A DNA stretch of 64,000 nt from an uncultured Eubacteriales bacterium (GTDB taxonomy: Bacteria; Bacillota_I; Bacilli_A; RFN20; UBA1709). Each line of letters opens with the position of its first letter. Position 1 is the first letter of the stretch. The stretch is taken from the NCBI GenBank assembly GCA_964367815.1, contig CAYIYR010000002.1:13903-77902 (forward strand). Reading direction: 5' to 3'. The position numbers were made by a program, and so were the translations under genes. The notes beneath the pieces are model-generated. The model worked only from the letters and a program-made list of their open reading frames with translations, did not search any database and was not told the DNA's origin. Shown here piece after piece: positions 55,045 to 64,000 of the stretch.

Positions 55045-56376
55045 ATGGAAGTAAAAATATTTAACAGTTTAAGCAATCAATTAGAGGTCTTCAAACCACT
55101 AGAAGAAGGAAAGGTCTCAATGTATGTGTGTGGACCAACCGTCTATGATTATGCCCATATCGGTAACCTGCGGCCAGTAATTACTTTTGATGTAGTTCGC
55201 CGGATGTTTACCAAGCTCGGGTATGATGTGACCTATATCTCAAACATTACCGATATCGATGACAAGATTATCAATGCGGCCATTAAGAATAATACAACGG
55301 AAGAAGTAATCGCTAATAAATATGAGCAAAACTTCTTTGAAGTCTGCGCTAAAGTAAATGCGATGCGTCCGACTTATGTGCCTCATGCCACCAAAACCAT
55401 TTCGGACATGATTAAGTTCATTCAGAAACTGATTGATTTAGGCTATGCCTATGAGAGTGATGGCGATGTTTTCTTTAGAGTTACGAAAGTAAGCAATTAT
55501 GGTCAATTAAGTCACTTTGAGGTGGAGAATTTACAAAGTGGTGCGCGAATTGAAGAAAATACTAAAAAAGAAAATCCTCTTGATTTTGCCTTATGGAAGA
55601 AAACAGATGTCGGTATTAAGTTTCTTGCCCCCTTTGGTGATGGTCGGCCAGGTTGGCATACAGAATGTGTCGTTATGATTCAGCAGTATTATCCAAGTGC
55701 CCGAATTGATATTCATGGCGGTGGCTTTGATTTAAAATTCCCTCATCATGAGAATGAGATTGCGCAAGCAGAAGCCTGTTTCAATCATAATATTGCGACT
55801 TATTGGATGCATAATGGATTTATCAACATTGGCGATGTTAAGATGTCGAAATCCTTAGGCAATGTCAAACTTGCCAAAGATATTGTGGCTGAGTATGGTG
55901 GTAATGTTGTCAGAATGGTTATGTTGGAAGGCCATTATCGGGCGCCATTAAACTTCAGTGAAGAAGTAATGCAGAATGCTAGCAATGATGTCGATAAGAT
56001 TCTCACACCTTTGAAACAAGCCAGTATTCAATTACAACTGGCCCATAATAAGAGTAATGAGATTGACAAAGAAGCGATTGAACACTTCCTATCAGTCTTA
56101 TCAGTCGACTTGAACACATCTAATGCTTTGACAGATATTTATTTAATTATAAAAGATTTGAATATGTCTATCAGAAGAAAAGATGTTGCCAAGATGGCGA
56201 TATCGTTCAATACCATCAAAGAAATGATTGATGTATTGGGCTTGAAATATGATGATGTTGTTTTATCAGATGAACAAAAAGACTTATTCGCTCAGTGGAA
56301 TCAATGCCGCCAGAATAAGGATTTCGCTCAAGCTGATGTTATTAGAAATAAGTTAGTTGAAATGAATTTAATGTAG
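55045..56376 (+). CDS. cysS: Cysteine--tRNA ligase
   Basis: HIGN (a HIGH variant) and KMSKS motifs. Start at the ATG after GGAGGAAAG. Confidence 0.93.
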   Translation: MEVKIFNSLSNQLEVFKPLEEGKVSMYVCGPTVYDYAHIGNLRPVITFDVVRRMFTKLGYDVTYISNITDIDDKIINAAIKNNTTEEVIANKYEQNFFEVCAKVNAMRPTYVPHATKTISDMIKFIQKLIDLGYAYESDGDVFFRVTKVSNYGQLSHFEVENLQSGARIEENTKKENPLDFALWKKTDVGIKFLAPFGDGRPGWHTECVVMIQQYYPSARIDIHGGGFDLKFPHHENEIAQAEACFNHNIATYWMHNGFINIGDVKMSKSLGNVKLAKDIVAEYGGNVVRMVMLEGHYRAPLNFSEEVMQNASNDVDKILTPLKQASIQLQLAHNKSNEIDKEAIEHFLSVLSVDLNTSNALTDIYLIIKDLNMSIRRKDVAKMAISFNTIKEMIDVLGLKYDDVVLSDEQKDLFAQWNQCRQNKDFAQADVIRNKLVEMNLM

Positions 56377-56425
56377 TCTTTTGTCGAAAGTTGCGACTTT
56401 ATTGAGATTTTTGGAGGTAATATTT

Positions 56426-57145
56426 ATGGCACAATATATCTATGGGAAGAATGCTGTTTTGTCGAGAGTAGAGAATAAAGGAGATATTGAGGCGATTTAT
56501 GTCTTAGAAACGTTGAAGGACAGTCGAATTATCGCCAAACTCCAAGATTATTCTGTAAGCTATGTTTCCAAAGCCAAATTAAGTAATTTGTGCGGTAATC
56601 CCAATCATCAAGGCTTAGTCGCAAAGATTAAAACCTACGATTATGCTTCTTTAGAAGAAGTGATTAATATCGCTGAGCAACAAGAATACCCCTTGATTGT
56701 GATGCTTGATGGAATGGAAGATCCTCACAATGTTGGAGCAATCTTAAGAACTTGTGAATCGATTGGTGTTAATAGTGTCATTGTACCAAAACACAATTGT
56801 GCACCCTTAACCTCAACGGTTGCGAAAGTTTCAACCGGAGCTATTGAATATGTTAAAGTCGCAGAAGTAACCAATCTAACGACAACAATTAATAAGCTCC
56901 AAAAATTAGGCTATTGGGTCGTTGGAGCTGAGGCTAGTGGTGATACTGATTACCGGAAAGTTGATTATAAGACGAAAATTGTCTTAGTAATCGGCAGTGA
57001 AGGAAAAGGAATCGCACCATTAGTTTATAAGCAATGTGATTTTAAGATAAGTTTGCCGATGAAGGGAAAAATTAATTCTTTGAATGCTTCCAACGCTGCC
57101 GCTATTCTACTCTACGCCATTCATGCAAATCGCTATCCCATTTAG
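56426..57145 (+). CDS. rlmB: 23S rRNA (guanosine-2'-O)-methyltransferase RlmB (SpoU/TrmH family)
   Basis: SpoU motifs LDGMEDPHNVGAILRT, VIGSEGKG and SLNASNAAAI. It sits in the conserved position downstream of cysS. Confidence 0.85.
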   Translation: MAQYIYGKNAVLSRVENKGDIEAIYVLETLKDSRIIAKLQDYSVSYVSKAKLSNLCGNPNHQGLVAKIKTYDYASLEEVINIAEQQEYPLIVMLDGMEDPHNVGAILRTCESIGVNSVIVPKHNCAPLTSTVAKVSTGAIEYVKVAEVTNLTTTINKLQKLGYWVVGAEASGDTDYRKVDYKTKIVLVIGSEGKGIAPLVYKQCDFKISLPMKGKINSLNASNAAAILLYAIHANRYPI

Positions 57146-57157
57146 GAGGAATGCTAT

Positions 57158-57769
57158 TTGTATACAACTATTACTGACGATGAATTGATTACTTTGATCC
57201 GCCAAAACAATGCTCAAGCCTATGATTTATTAACAAATCGTTATTGGGTATTTTTATGCCAATGGTTAGATAAGATACTTTACAAGAATACTGATTATTA
57301 TGAAAGAGAAGATGCTTTCCAATGTGGATGGATGATGCTGCTCAGTTGCATCGATAATTACCAATCAGAGAAAGGACTTTTCTACACTTACGCAAAAACC
57401 TGCGTTGAAAGACGCTTAATGTTATTTGTTTCTCAGTATGCCCAAAGAGTTAACACAATCGGCTATTATCCTTTAGATGAATCAGCACAAAATGAAATTG
57501 TATCTCTGCGATTAGCCTCATTATCTTCAGCTGATAACATGCATAATCCAGTTCGCTGCTATCATCTAAAAGAGGAAGTATCAGATATTATGAGTCGTAG
57601 TAATCTGACAACCTTAGAGAAAAGAGTTTTTCTAGCAAGAATGACTGATATGAGTTATGCCGAAATTGCCGAGGCTTTGAATATTACTTTGAAGAAAGTG
57701 GAATATACTCTCAGCTGTGTCAAGCGAAAAGCCCAAGAAAAAAGACCGGGAATGCCGGTCAGTTTATAG
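57158..57769 (+). CDS. sigH: Sigma-70-family sigma factor, probably sigma-H
   Basis: Region 2 and region 4 are recognisable (LSYAEIAEALNITLKKVE HTH). It occupies the conserved cysS-rlmB-sigH-rpmG-secE-nusG locus. Confidence 0.7.
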   Translation: MYTTITDDELITLIRQNNAQAYDLLTNRYWVFLCQWLDKILYKNTDYYEREDAFQCGWMMLLSCIDNYQSEKGLFYTYAKTCVERRLMLFVSQYAQRVNTIGYYPLDESAQNEIVSLRLASLSSADNMHNPVRCYHLKEEVSDIMSRSNLTTLEKRVFLARMTDMSYAEIAEALNITLKKVEYTLSCVKRKAQEKRPGMPVSL

Positions 57770-57794
57770 TCACTTTATAGTGACTTTTTTTTAG
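57768..57794. terminator. Bidirectional terminator between sigH and gltS.
   Basis: AGTCACT-ttat-AGTGACT followed by TTTTTTTT. Confidence 0.8.
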
Positions 57795-59184
57795 CTTTAA
57801 ATTGGCTGCGTCTAATTAGATAAATTATCGCATTATAGACAATAAACATTGCGACTAAGATCCCTAAACAGATCCATTGCAGGGCTGTGCTTCGAGGCGC
57901 ATATCCTAACAAGAGGAGAACGGGGAATCCAAAGGCAATAGCAAACAAACTCTGATAGACTAAGTTATCAGCTGCTGGTGTTTCAAAGTTGGGATCGATT
58001 TCTCGTAATAGAATCATACCTGTACTAGCTGTACCTGTGAGCATTCCAAACATGGACATCATGCCTTGATATTCATATCCTGGCCACAAGAATTTACTAA
58101 CATGTTTTAAATAGACAAAGGTGACAATGGTTCCACCAATTCCTAAGACAATTAATGGTAACCATAGACTCTTCAAATCGGTGATTTCGATAGCAGCAAT
58201 TCCCGCTACGATCATCACATCAAAGAAGAATCCACTAATTCTATTTAGCAGATAATTGCTAGGATATTTATGTGTCATTAATTTAACCTTTTTGTTAAAA
58301 TCAAAGATCTTTTTGAGGCCGACAGCAAAGATTGTACCAAGTAAGAAGTTAAAGCCCCAAATCAAAGGCTTAACCGTATTAACGCCGAAATTTCCCAAGT
58401 AATTATTATCACATAAGAATGTAATTCCGGCCATGGCAAGATAAGTAATGAAATATACAAAGACCACCAATACAATTTGAATGGTGAACTTGTCAATCGA
58501 GTCACTGAGTGGTAATTCGTTCTCGGTTGAGACAACTTCTGTTTTGGCGGCCACTGTCTCTTTGTTAAAACCATCTTTTCTAACTAAACCTTTTCTTTTT
58601 AAAATGTTTAGATAGATAACACCTGCAATACAGGCAACTAAGAAACCAAGGGCAGCGATTGATAAACCAAAGCTAGCTCCACCAATGAACCCATATTGTG
58701 TTTCATAGACTGTTCCCCATGATAGTGCTTGACCAGGACCTTGGCCAAAGCCCAAAGGTAACAATAAACCAGCAGCAGGAATTAATCCTGTGATAAAGGT
58801 TGCCATCACAATAGTGATTACCAAACCAACAATACCTTGAATAATATAGGAGTTGACAGTAACAATACCAGTGTTAATTATGGTAGGCGTTTTTGCTGCA
58901 CCTTTAGCTTTGTTGGTATCCTTTAAGGCGATAGCGATAAAGCCTAATGCTAAAGCATGATAGGTCACAACCGACATAAAATCAACATCAATTAGACTGT
59001 CAAACCAAGGCCAAACTGATTTTAATATTAATAATAATAAACCAGAAATAACCGAAGTTGGTAAGAGGGTTTTCCGAATAAAGGGAATTTTCCTTCGCAA
59101 TGAATTACCCACTAAGATAGCGACACCGATAATGAAACATTCGATTAAGATTGTCCAGACACTAGATTCCCAAAAATTCGTCAT
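57775..59184 (-). CDS. gltS: Sodium/glutamate symporter (GltS family)
   Basis: The GltS-like blocks GFGQGPGQALSWGTVYETQYGF and GMLTGTASTGMILLREIDPNF. Confidence 0.65.
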   Translation of the reverse strand: MTNFWESSVWTILIECFIIGVAILVGNSLRRKIPFIRKTLLPTSVISGLLLLILKSVWPWFDSLIDVDFMSVVTYHALALGFIAIALKDTNKAKGAAKTPTIINTGIVTVNSYIIQGIVGLVITIVMATFITGLIPAAGLLLPLGFGQGPGQALSWGTVYETQYGFIGGASFGLSIAALGFLVACIAGVIYLNILKRKGLVRKDGFNKETVAAKTEVVSTENELPLSDSIDKFTIQIVLVVFVYFITYLAMAGITFLCDNNYLGNFGVNTVKPLIWGFNFLLGTIFAVGLKKIFDFNKKVKLMTHKYPSNYLLNRISGFFFDVMIVAGIAAIEITDLKSLWLPLIVLGIGGTIVTFVYLKHVSKFLWPGYEYQGMMSMFGMLTGTASTGMILLREIDPNFETPAADNLVYQSLFAIAFGFPVLLLLGYAPRSTALQWICLGILVAMFIVYNAIIYLIRRSQFKAKKKSL

Positions 59185-60370
59185 TAGTAACTCCTCCTCT
59201 TAAATTTGTTAAGTGATAGTATATTTGCATATATTTGACAGGGTTGAAATCTTCTTCGCCAACAACTTGATAGATTTCATTGTTTGAGAGATAGAAATTC
59301 ATTTTGTGTTTGCCAAGACATGCGATGGCTTTAATATCTTCTATTGAATAAACATATTTTTTGCTTGTTCCCTCTATCGTAAGATTGAGATTATCAATAA
59401 AGATATTACCTTTACTAATAAATCGTTTTCTCTTACCAATAATTGATTGTTTAAACACGATATTCTTATCACCAATTCCTAAATTAGCGAAATATTCTTC
59501 ATCGGTTTTACAGATGGTTTCTTCTTGATATCGATACCAATCGTATACGGTTGCGAAGGTGAATGCAGGATCATCTGATTTAAATGTTAAATCTTGTTGA
59601 TATTCAACTTCAAGTCCACAGTTATTACATTTAACCATATTTCCATGGGAAGATAGTGTAGAATAATGACCGCATTTCGGACAAATATAGAGAACCCGTT
59701 CTAGCTTCTCGGCTCGAATATCGCTAATTGATGATTGTTGCGTTTCAAATGGTGAGACATCAAGTTTTGTTTTAATCTCTAATAACAATTCCTCTTGATT
59801 CATCTGTGCTGCTATTTCTTTAGGGATAACTTCATTAACTCGACAGGTCATCTGGGCTTTTCTAACTTTACGTGCCCACCTTGGTTCAACCGCATATCCA
59901 CCAATAATGTTGATGATAACAACATCAATCTTTAAAACCTTTGCTAGTTTGGCGATACTCATATCAACACGACCAACTTTTCCACTATAGGTTCGATTGC
60001 CTTCAGGGGTAATAGCGATATTGCCCCCCTCTTTAGCAACTTTTAAGCAGTCCCTAACCGCACCCAAATCCTTAACTGACTTGCTTTTGGGAATGGGCTC
60101 GACCATAAATTTAATTGCTTTTGAACTAATTCCATTCGAAAACAAATCTTCGGTGGTCATATAATAGATTTGATCTTTGAAAACAAGACCAATCATGAAC
60201 TGATCCATACAGGTTTGATGATTATATAGAATCAAGCAGGGAGCTTTGATATCTTTGGCGGGCACAATGGTGCAACCATATTTTTTCTTAAGAAAGACAG
60301 TGAAAAACGGGCGAACTAAATCAGTGAATACCCGATGTCTTTTCTTAATCCAAGTTTTGCTTTTATCCAT
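59162..60370 (-). CDS. Lysophospholipid acyltransferase (PlsC-like) with a C-terminal Cys4 zinc-ribbon extension.
   Basis: NHQTCMD (the HX4D motif) and ITPEGNR (the PEGTR motif). The extension carries CPKCGH...CNNCG. Confidence 0.65.
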   Translation of the reverse strand: MDKSKTWIKKRHRVFTDLVRPFFTVFLKKKYGCTIVPAKDIKAPCLILYNHQTCMDQFMIGLVFKDQIYYMTTEDLFSNGISSKAIKFMVEPIPKSKSVKDLGAVRDCLKVAKEGGNIAITPEGNRTYSGKVGRVDMSIAKLAKVLKIDVVIINIIGGYAVEPRWARKVRKAQMTCRVNEVIPKEIAAQMNQEELLLEIKTKLDVSPFETQQSSISDIRAEKLERVLYICPKCGHYSTLSSHGNMVKCNNCGLEVEYQQDLTFKSDDPAFTFATVYDWYRYQEETICKTDEEYFANLGIGDKNIVFKQSIIGKRKRFISKGNIFIDNLNLTIEGTSKKYVYSIEDIKAIACLGKHKMNFYLSNNEIYQVVGEEDFNPVKYMQIYYHLTNLRGGVTNDEFLGI

Positions 60371-60522
60371 AATATCTCCTAATCTAAACGCTTATATTCT
60401 AATGCTATTTAACTAATTGTGCAATAAAACAGATACCATAAATTTACTATTTTCTTAAAAAAGATAGTGATTAAGAAAAAGCATTCACTGGCAAATTGCC
60501 CTGTGAATGCTTTCTTCAGTCT

Positions 60523-61197
60523 CTAAATTAGTTCAAGCCCATTTATCTTTAATTTGAAATTAATAGATAGTTTTGCTGCTGATTGCCGACATAAGTTCAT
60601 TCTTGTTAGAAATATTTCAAAATAATCCATAACTGGAGTGATCTCGGTATCAATGGTTAAATCGAGTGTCAATGTTCTTGCTTTTTTATCAATATCCACT
60701 TTGCTGTCAACAACAGCGTAGTTAACACGATCATGAATATTGAAATCATAAGTTAGAGGATTTCTAACTCTAGTTCTTCTAACATCTGTTTTATCAGCGA
60801 GAATCAAGGCAGCCGATATGGCATTGACTGGATATGCTGCTGATTCATCATGATTACCAATTGCGGCGATGATAACAGCGATGTCTTTAGGATCCATCTC
60901 TAGATCTGTTAAAATGGAAAAGGCCATAATCGCACCACTTTGACCATGGTTAACTCTGTTAACTGCATTGCCAATATCATGCATATAAGCAGCAATTTGT
61001 CCAAGATTAATCTCTCTTTGCGAATAGCCAAACGCTGATAGAATATCTTTAACTTGTTTCGCACATTTCATTACATGACCAAATGAATGATCAGTGTATC
61101 CCATGGAAGCCAGCGATAAATCAGCTTGAGTAATATATGTTGCAATTTCTTTGTTTTCTTTAATATCTTTATATGTAAATTCTTTATAAGCCATAGT
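60523..61197 (-). CDS. HD-domain phosphohydrolase
   Basis: HSFGHV...MHDIG HD motif. Start at the ATG behind AAAGGGGAG. Confidence 0.75.
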   Translation of the reverse strand, partial: TMAYKEFTYKDIKENKEIATYITQADLSLASMGYTDHSFGHVMKCAKQVKDILSAFGYSQREINLGQIAAYMHDIGNAVNRVNHGQSGAIMAFSILTDLEMDPKDIAVIIAAIGNHDESAAYPVNAISAALILADKTDVRRTRVRNPLTYDFNIHDRVNYAVVDSKVDIDKKARTLTLDLTIDTEITPVMDYFEIFLTRMNLCRQSAAKLSINFKLKINGLELI

Positions 61198-61275
61198 ATC
61201 TCCCCTTTCGCTTACCATATATTACCATTATTTGCATCTATTATCTATTCTTTTACTCTTTTTCGAAAAAATTAG

Positions 61276-61304
61276 TTGCTATTTCTAAAAAACGAGCATA
61301 TACT
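61276..61304 (+). promoter_or_regulatory. Sigma-A-type promoter of the unidentified small RNA
   Basis: TTGCTA, a 17-nt spacer, then TATACT. Confidence 0.5.
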
Positions 61305-61310
61305 ATCTGT

Positions 61311-61510
61311 AAGTGGTGAAAGCCACTCGATTACTATTTGCCAATACGTAGAGACTATGAACTATAAATGGCTCAGATGGTGAAGAAAATTAGTACTGAC
61401 TAATTGGTGGAACCTAGAGCAGTTCGCTTATCGTTTATGGATTAACTTACAGTATTGGTGAATCGTTTCATCAGTAAACTAACGGTCTTCGGGCCGTTTT
61501 TATTTTTCTT
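61311..61510 (+). ncRNA. Candidate stand-alone small RNA of about 200 nt (identity unknown; 6S-type or novel), ending in a UUCG-tetraloop terminator.
   Basis: A promoter sits upstream. The terminator AACGGTC-UUCG-GGCCGTT with a T-run sits at 61481-61510. The downstream gene has its own promoter at 61551-61579. Confidence 0.4.
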
Positions 61511-61550
61511 TATTATACGAATCATGTTCATTTGATATGCATAGATTTAG

Positions 61551-61579
61551 TTGCCATGCTTACATGCGAGTAGTAAAAT
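61551..61579 (+). promoter_or_regulatory. Sigma-A-type promoter for the amidohydrolase gene
   Basis: TTGCCA, a 17-nt spacer, then TAAAAT. Confidence 0.5.
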
Positions 61580-61605
61580 ATAGACAAAGGTTATAGGTGA
61601 TAATT

Positions 61606-62856
61606 ATGTATAACAAATTGCGGGAGACGATAGACGCATTACCAATGGTTGATGATCATAACCATCTGGGTTTTACTGTCGCCAATGATGAGATGCCAAA
61701 AGAGGCTAGAGTAGGGTTTAGGGATGCTTTCGCAACCCCCAAACAATCTTCATCTGGCTTCGCTTATCAAGAAAATCTTCATCGGGAAGCGTACATTAAG
61801 ATTTATGGATTGAAGAAGGAAGAAATTGATGATGAGGCCTATCGAGCTAAAAACAGTGCGATTTATGAGAAAGCTCGGACCGAAGATATTGATAAGACAC
61901 TAACAAAAATAATGGAAGTTGCCAATGTTGAGAAGGTCTTAACTACCTGTTATTTACCAAATAAGTTAAAACACTTCTCTAAACTAGGGTATTTACCATT
62001 AACAGACTTTTTGATGTTTCCTTTTAATAATGATTATTTACGGGAAAGACAGATTTCCGCTCAGTTTGTGAACCAATACGAATATATTCTTCACGAAGCC
62101 ATGCGAGATTATCATTTACCAGTAGATTATGATTTCAATGATTATTTATCATTTGTGAATCGCGTCTTAGATGATTTTCATCAAAAAGGTTATGTCGGTT
62201 ACAAGTTCTTATTGCCGTATGTTCGCAGCCTAAGAATGGATAAAGAGGAACTCACTGATGGACCAAAGTTATTTAAGGAAGCCAAAGAAGGCAACATTAA
62301 GTCTTACCATCGTTTCCAAAACCTTATTGGTTGGCTCATTGCAAGAAAAGCTGCTCAAAATGGCATGCCAATTCAAATACATACGGCTTTGATTGATCCT
62401 AACTTAGATTATGCGGATCCCTTAGGCTTAGAACCATTTCTCCATGATGCGGAAACCTATCAAGCTAAGATTGTAATGCTTCATGTTGGTTATCCAACCT
62501 TTAGTCAAGCATTGACTATTTCAATGGCTGCGAATTTATTTACGGTTAACAATCTTTATCCTGAGATTTCTGGTCGTTTCATTTTTGGTAATCATCCCAA
62601 GATTGTTGCGAAAGAACTGCGGAGATTTCTTGACTTTCCTATTCTTTGGAAGAAGATCACTTTTGGCAGTGATGCCTTAACCGGCGATCGTTATTTCTAT
62701 ACCGGTTCAAGAACGGGGCGCGATGCAGTTTACTATTGTCTAGAAGGTATGATTGATGATGGTATTGTTAGCGAAGAAGTTGCAATTGGAATTGCGAAAG
62801 ATATTCTTCGTAATAATGCGATTCGTTTGTATAATCTTGATATGAAAATTTTGTAA
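61606..62856 (+). CDS. Amidohydrolase-2 (metal-dependent TIM-barrel hydrolase) family protein
   Basis: The DDHNHLG HxH metal motif near the N-terminus and a C-terminal His/Asp pattern. SD AGGTGAT. Confidence 0.55.
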   Translation: MYNKLRETIDALPMVDDHNHLGFTVANDEMPKEARVGFRDAFATPKQSSSGFAYQENLHREAYIKIYGLKKEEIDDEAYRAKNSAIYEKARTEDIDKTLTKIMEVANVEKVLTTCYLPNKLKHFSKLGYLPLTDFLMFPFNNDYLRERQISAQFVNQYEYILHEAMRDYHLPVDYDFNDYLSFVNRVLDDFHQKGYVGYKFLLPYVRSLRMDKEELTDGPKLFKEAKEGNIKSYHRFQNLIGWLIARKAAQNGMPIQIHTALIDPNLDYADPLGLEPFLHDAETYQAKIVMLHVGYPTFSQALTISMAANLFTVNNLYPEISGRFIFGNHPKIVAKELRRFLDFPILWKKITFGSDALTGDRYFYTGSRTGRDAVYYCLEGMIDDGIVSEEVAIGIAKDILRNNAIRLYNLDMKIL

Positions 62857-62860
62857 TATG

Positions 62861-62890
62861 AATGAAGGGTAGCCCCCTTCATTTATTTTG
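62861..62890 (+). terminator. Rho-independent terminator
   Basis: ATGAAGGG-tagcc-CCCTTCAT followed by TTATTTTG. Confidence 0.75.
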
Positions 62891-63024
62891 ATAACTCACT
62901 ACAGGGGCCTGGTTTTAGGAAAGTTATGCTAAAACTGGCGAAAAATGTTAATAATTGGTCTATTCCCTTTGTTGACACATTTTAGTTACCTATGGTAAGA
63001 TATAGAAACGAAGGTGGTTTTACT

Positions 63025-63174
63025 ATGCGCGAAAAAGTGATTTTGGTTTGTACACAGTGTCTATCAAGAAACTATACAACCACAAAACAGAAGTACGAGA
63101 ATAAAGACCGCTTAGAGATCAAAAAGTACTGTAAGAAGTGCAATGCATATACGGTGCATAAAGAAAGCAAATAG
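63025..63174 (+). CDS. rpmG: 50S ribosomal protein L33
   Basis: 49 aa with a CxxC...CxxC zinc ribbon (CTQC...CKKC). SD AAGGTGG. Confidence 0.9.
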   Translation: MREKVILVCTQCLSRNYTTTKQKYENKDRLEIKKYCKKCNAYTVHKESK

Positions 63175-63183
63175 GTGATATAA

Positions 63184-63366
63184 ATGAAATTTAAAAATTA
63201 TTTAATTGGTGTCGGTCAGGAAGGCAGAAGAGTAAGATGGCCAAAGGGAGCACAATTCAGAGAGGATTGCGTAGTTGTCTTTGCCTACTCGGTATTCTTT
63301 GCATTATTCCTATTGCTATCTGATGCACTTGTCATTAGAATCTTACAACTAATCAATTTTAAATAG
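63184..63366 (+). CDS. secE: Preprotein translocase subunit SecE
   Basis: 60 aa with a single C-terminal TM helix. KVRWP motif. Conserved position between rpmG and nusG. Confidence 0.8.
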   Translation: MKFKNYLIGVGQEGRRVRWPKGAQFREDCVVVFAYSVFFALFLLLSDALVIRILQLINFK

Positions 63367-63375
63367 GTGAACAAC

Positions 63376-63936
63376 ATGGAAGAAAATTTAGCAGGTAAAC
63401 AATGGTACGTCGTTAATACGATGTCTGGCCATGAGAATAAAGTTAAAGCCAACCTTGAAAGACGTATTGAAACTCTCAATATGCAAGACTATATCTATCA
63501 AGTGTTAGTAGCAGAAGAAGAAGTACCAGTAATGAAAGATGGTGTTCCTAGTGGCAAAACAAGAATTAAGAACACTTATCCTGGTTATGTTTTTGTTGAG
63601 ATGGTTATGACTGATGAAGCATGGTTTGTTGTTCGTAACACTCCAGGAGTCACTGGCTTCGTTGGATCATCTGGTAAAGGAACCAAACCATTCCCAGTTC
63701 CAAAAGAACAAATCGACACAGTCTTGAAGAAGATTGGTATTGTAAATAAAGATATGTATGCTGACTATATGGTTGGAACAGAAGTTACAGTTCTAAGAGG
63801 TCCATTAGCTGGTAGTACAGGTCTTATTGTAAGCGTTGATGCTGAACGCGACTGTGTCTCTGTTAAGGCGACTTTCTTTGGCAGAGAAACTTCTGTCGAG
63901 TTAGACTTCGCTGATATTGAGAAAAAAGTCAAGTAA
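63376..63936 (+). CDS. nusG: Transcription termination/antitermination factor NusG
   Basis: KQWYVVNTMSGHENKV NGN domain and a C-terminal KOW domain. Confidence 0.93.
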   Translation: MEENLAGKQWYVVNTMSGHENKVKANLERRIETLNMQDYIYQVLVAEEEVPVMKDGVPSGKTRIKNTYPGYVFVEMVMTDEAWFVVRNTPGVTGFVGSSGKGTKPFPVPKEQIDTVLKKIGIVNKDMYADYMVGTEVTVLRGPLAGSTGLIVSVDAERDCVSVKATFFGRETSVELDFADIEKKVK

Positions 63937-63941
63937 CTAAT

Positions 63942-63968
63942 AGGCATCTACGGATGCCTTTTTGTTTA
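63942..63968 (+). terminator. Rho-independent terminator
   Basis: AGGCATC-tacg-GATGCCT followed by TTTTTGTTT. Confidence 0.8.
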
Positions 63969-64000
63969 GATGAGTAGACAATGCAGATTGGTGATGCAGT

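Noticed and set aside
61380-61440. Possible T-box element (AATTGGTGGAACC preceded by an AGAGAC motif).
   Set aside because: The motif lies about 60 nt from the terminator instead of overlapping its 5' arm. No specifier-loop or stem-I architecture is evident. It is treated as part of an unidentified sRNA instead.

Overview
The window is a 64-kb stretch of a low-GC (about 33-35% GC) Gram-positive genome, and the evidence points to an endospore former. The sporulation evidence is cotJB and cotJC, gerQ, whiA, and a sigH-like sigma factor sitting in the conserved cysS-rlmB-sigH...rpmG-secE-nusG neighbourhood. There are no integrases, transposases, CRISPR arrays or phage genes.

Most of the window is housekeeping. 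Recognisable genes include pyrG, apt, gpsA, ychF, a cold-shock protein, ung, uppP, prfA and prmC, cdaA, ddl, cysS, rlmB, rpmG, secE and nusG. Three tRNAs are present: Pro-CGG, Val-GAC and Thr-CGU.

Four cis-regulatory RNAs can be read directly from the sequence:
- a THF riboswitch upstream of folT
- a TPP riboswitch upstream of thiT
- a probable yybP-ykoY Mn2+ riboswitch upstream of mntP
- a Cys T-box leader upstream of cysS

A further roughly 200-nt RNA of unknown identity (61311-61510) has its own promoter and a UUCG-tetraloop terminator.

The most accessory-looking locus, and the best candidate for an undescribed system, is a promoter-to-terminator operon at 16.55-26.58 kb. Its four genes are:
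- a 741-aa protein with a roughly 480-aa polytopic membrane domain (carrying an LPLHLC motif) fused to an ABC-2-type ATPase
- a translationally coupled 533-aa polytopic membrane protein
- a small membrane-anchored protein
- an 1843-aa lipoprotein with 13 Flg_new-type repeats, two FN3-like modules and a C-terminal beta-helix-like region

Other oddities are a DUF1538 membrane protein followed by two PII-like proteins, a MurF-like Mur ligase with a roughly 150-aa multi-pass membrane N-terminus, a possible CotJA-CotJB fusion, and an orphan hybrid histidine kinase with several PAS-like regions.
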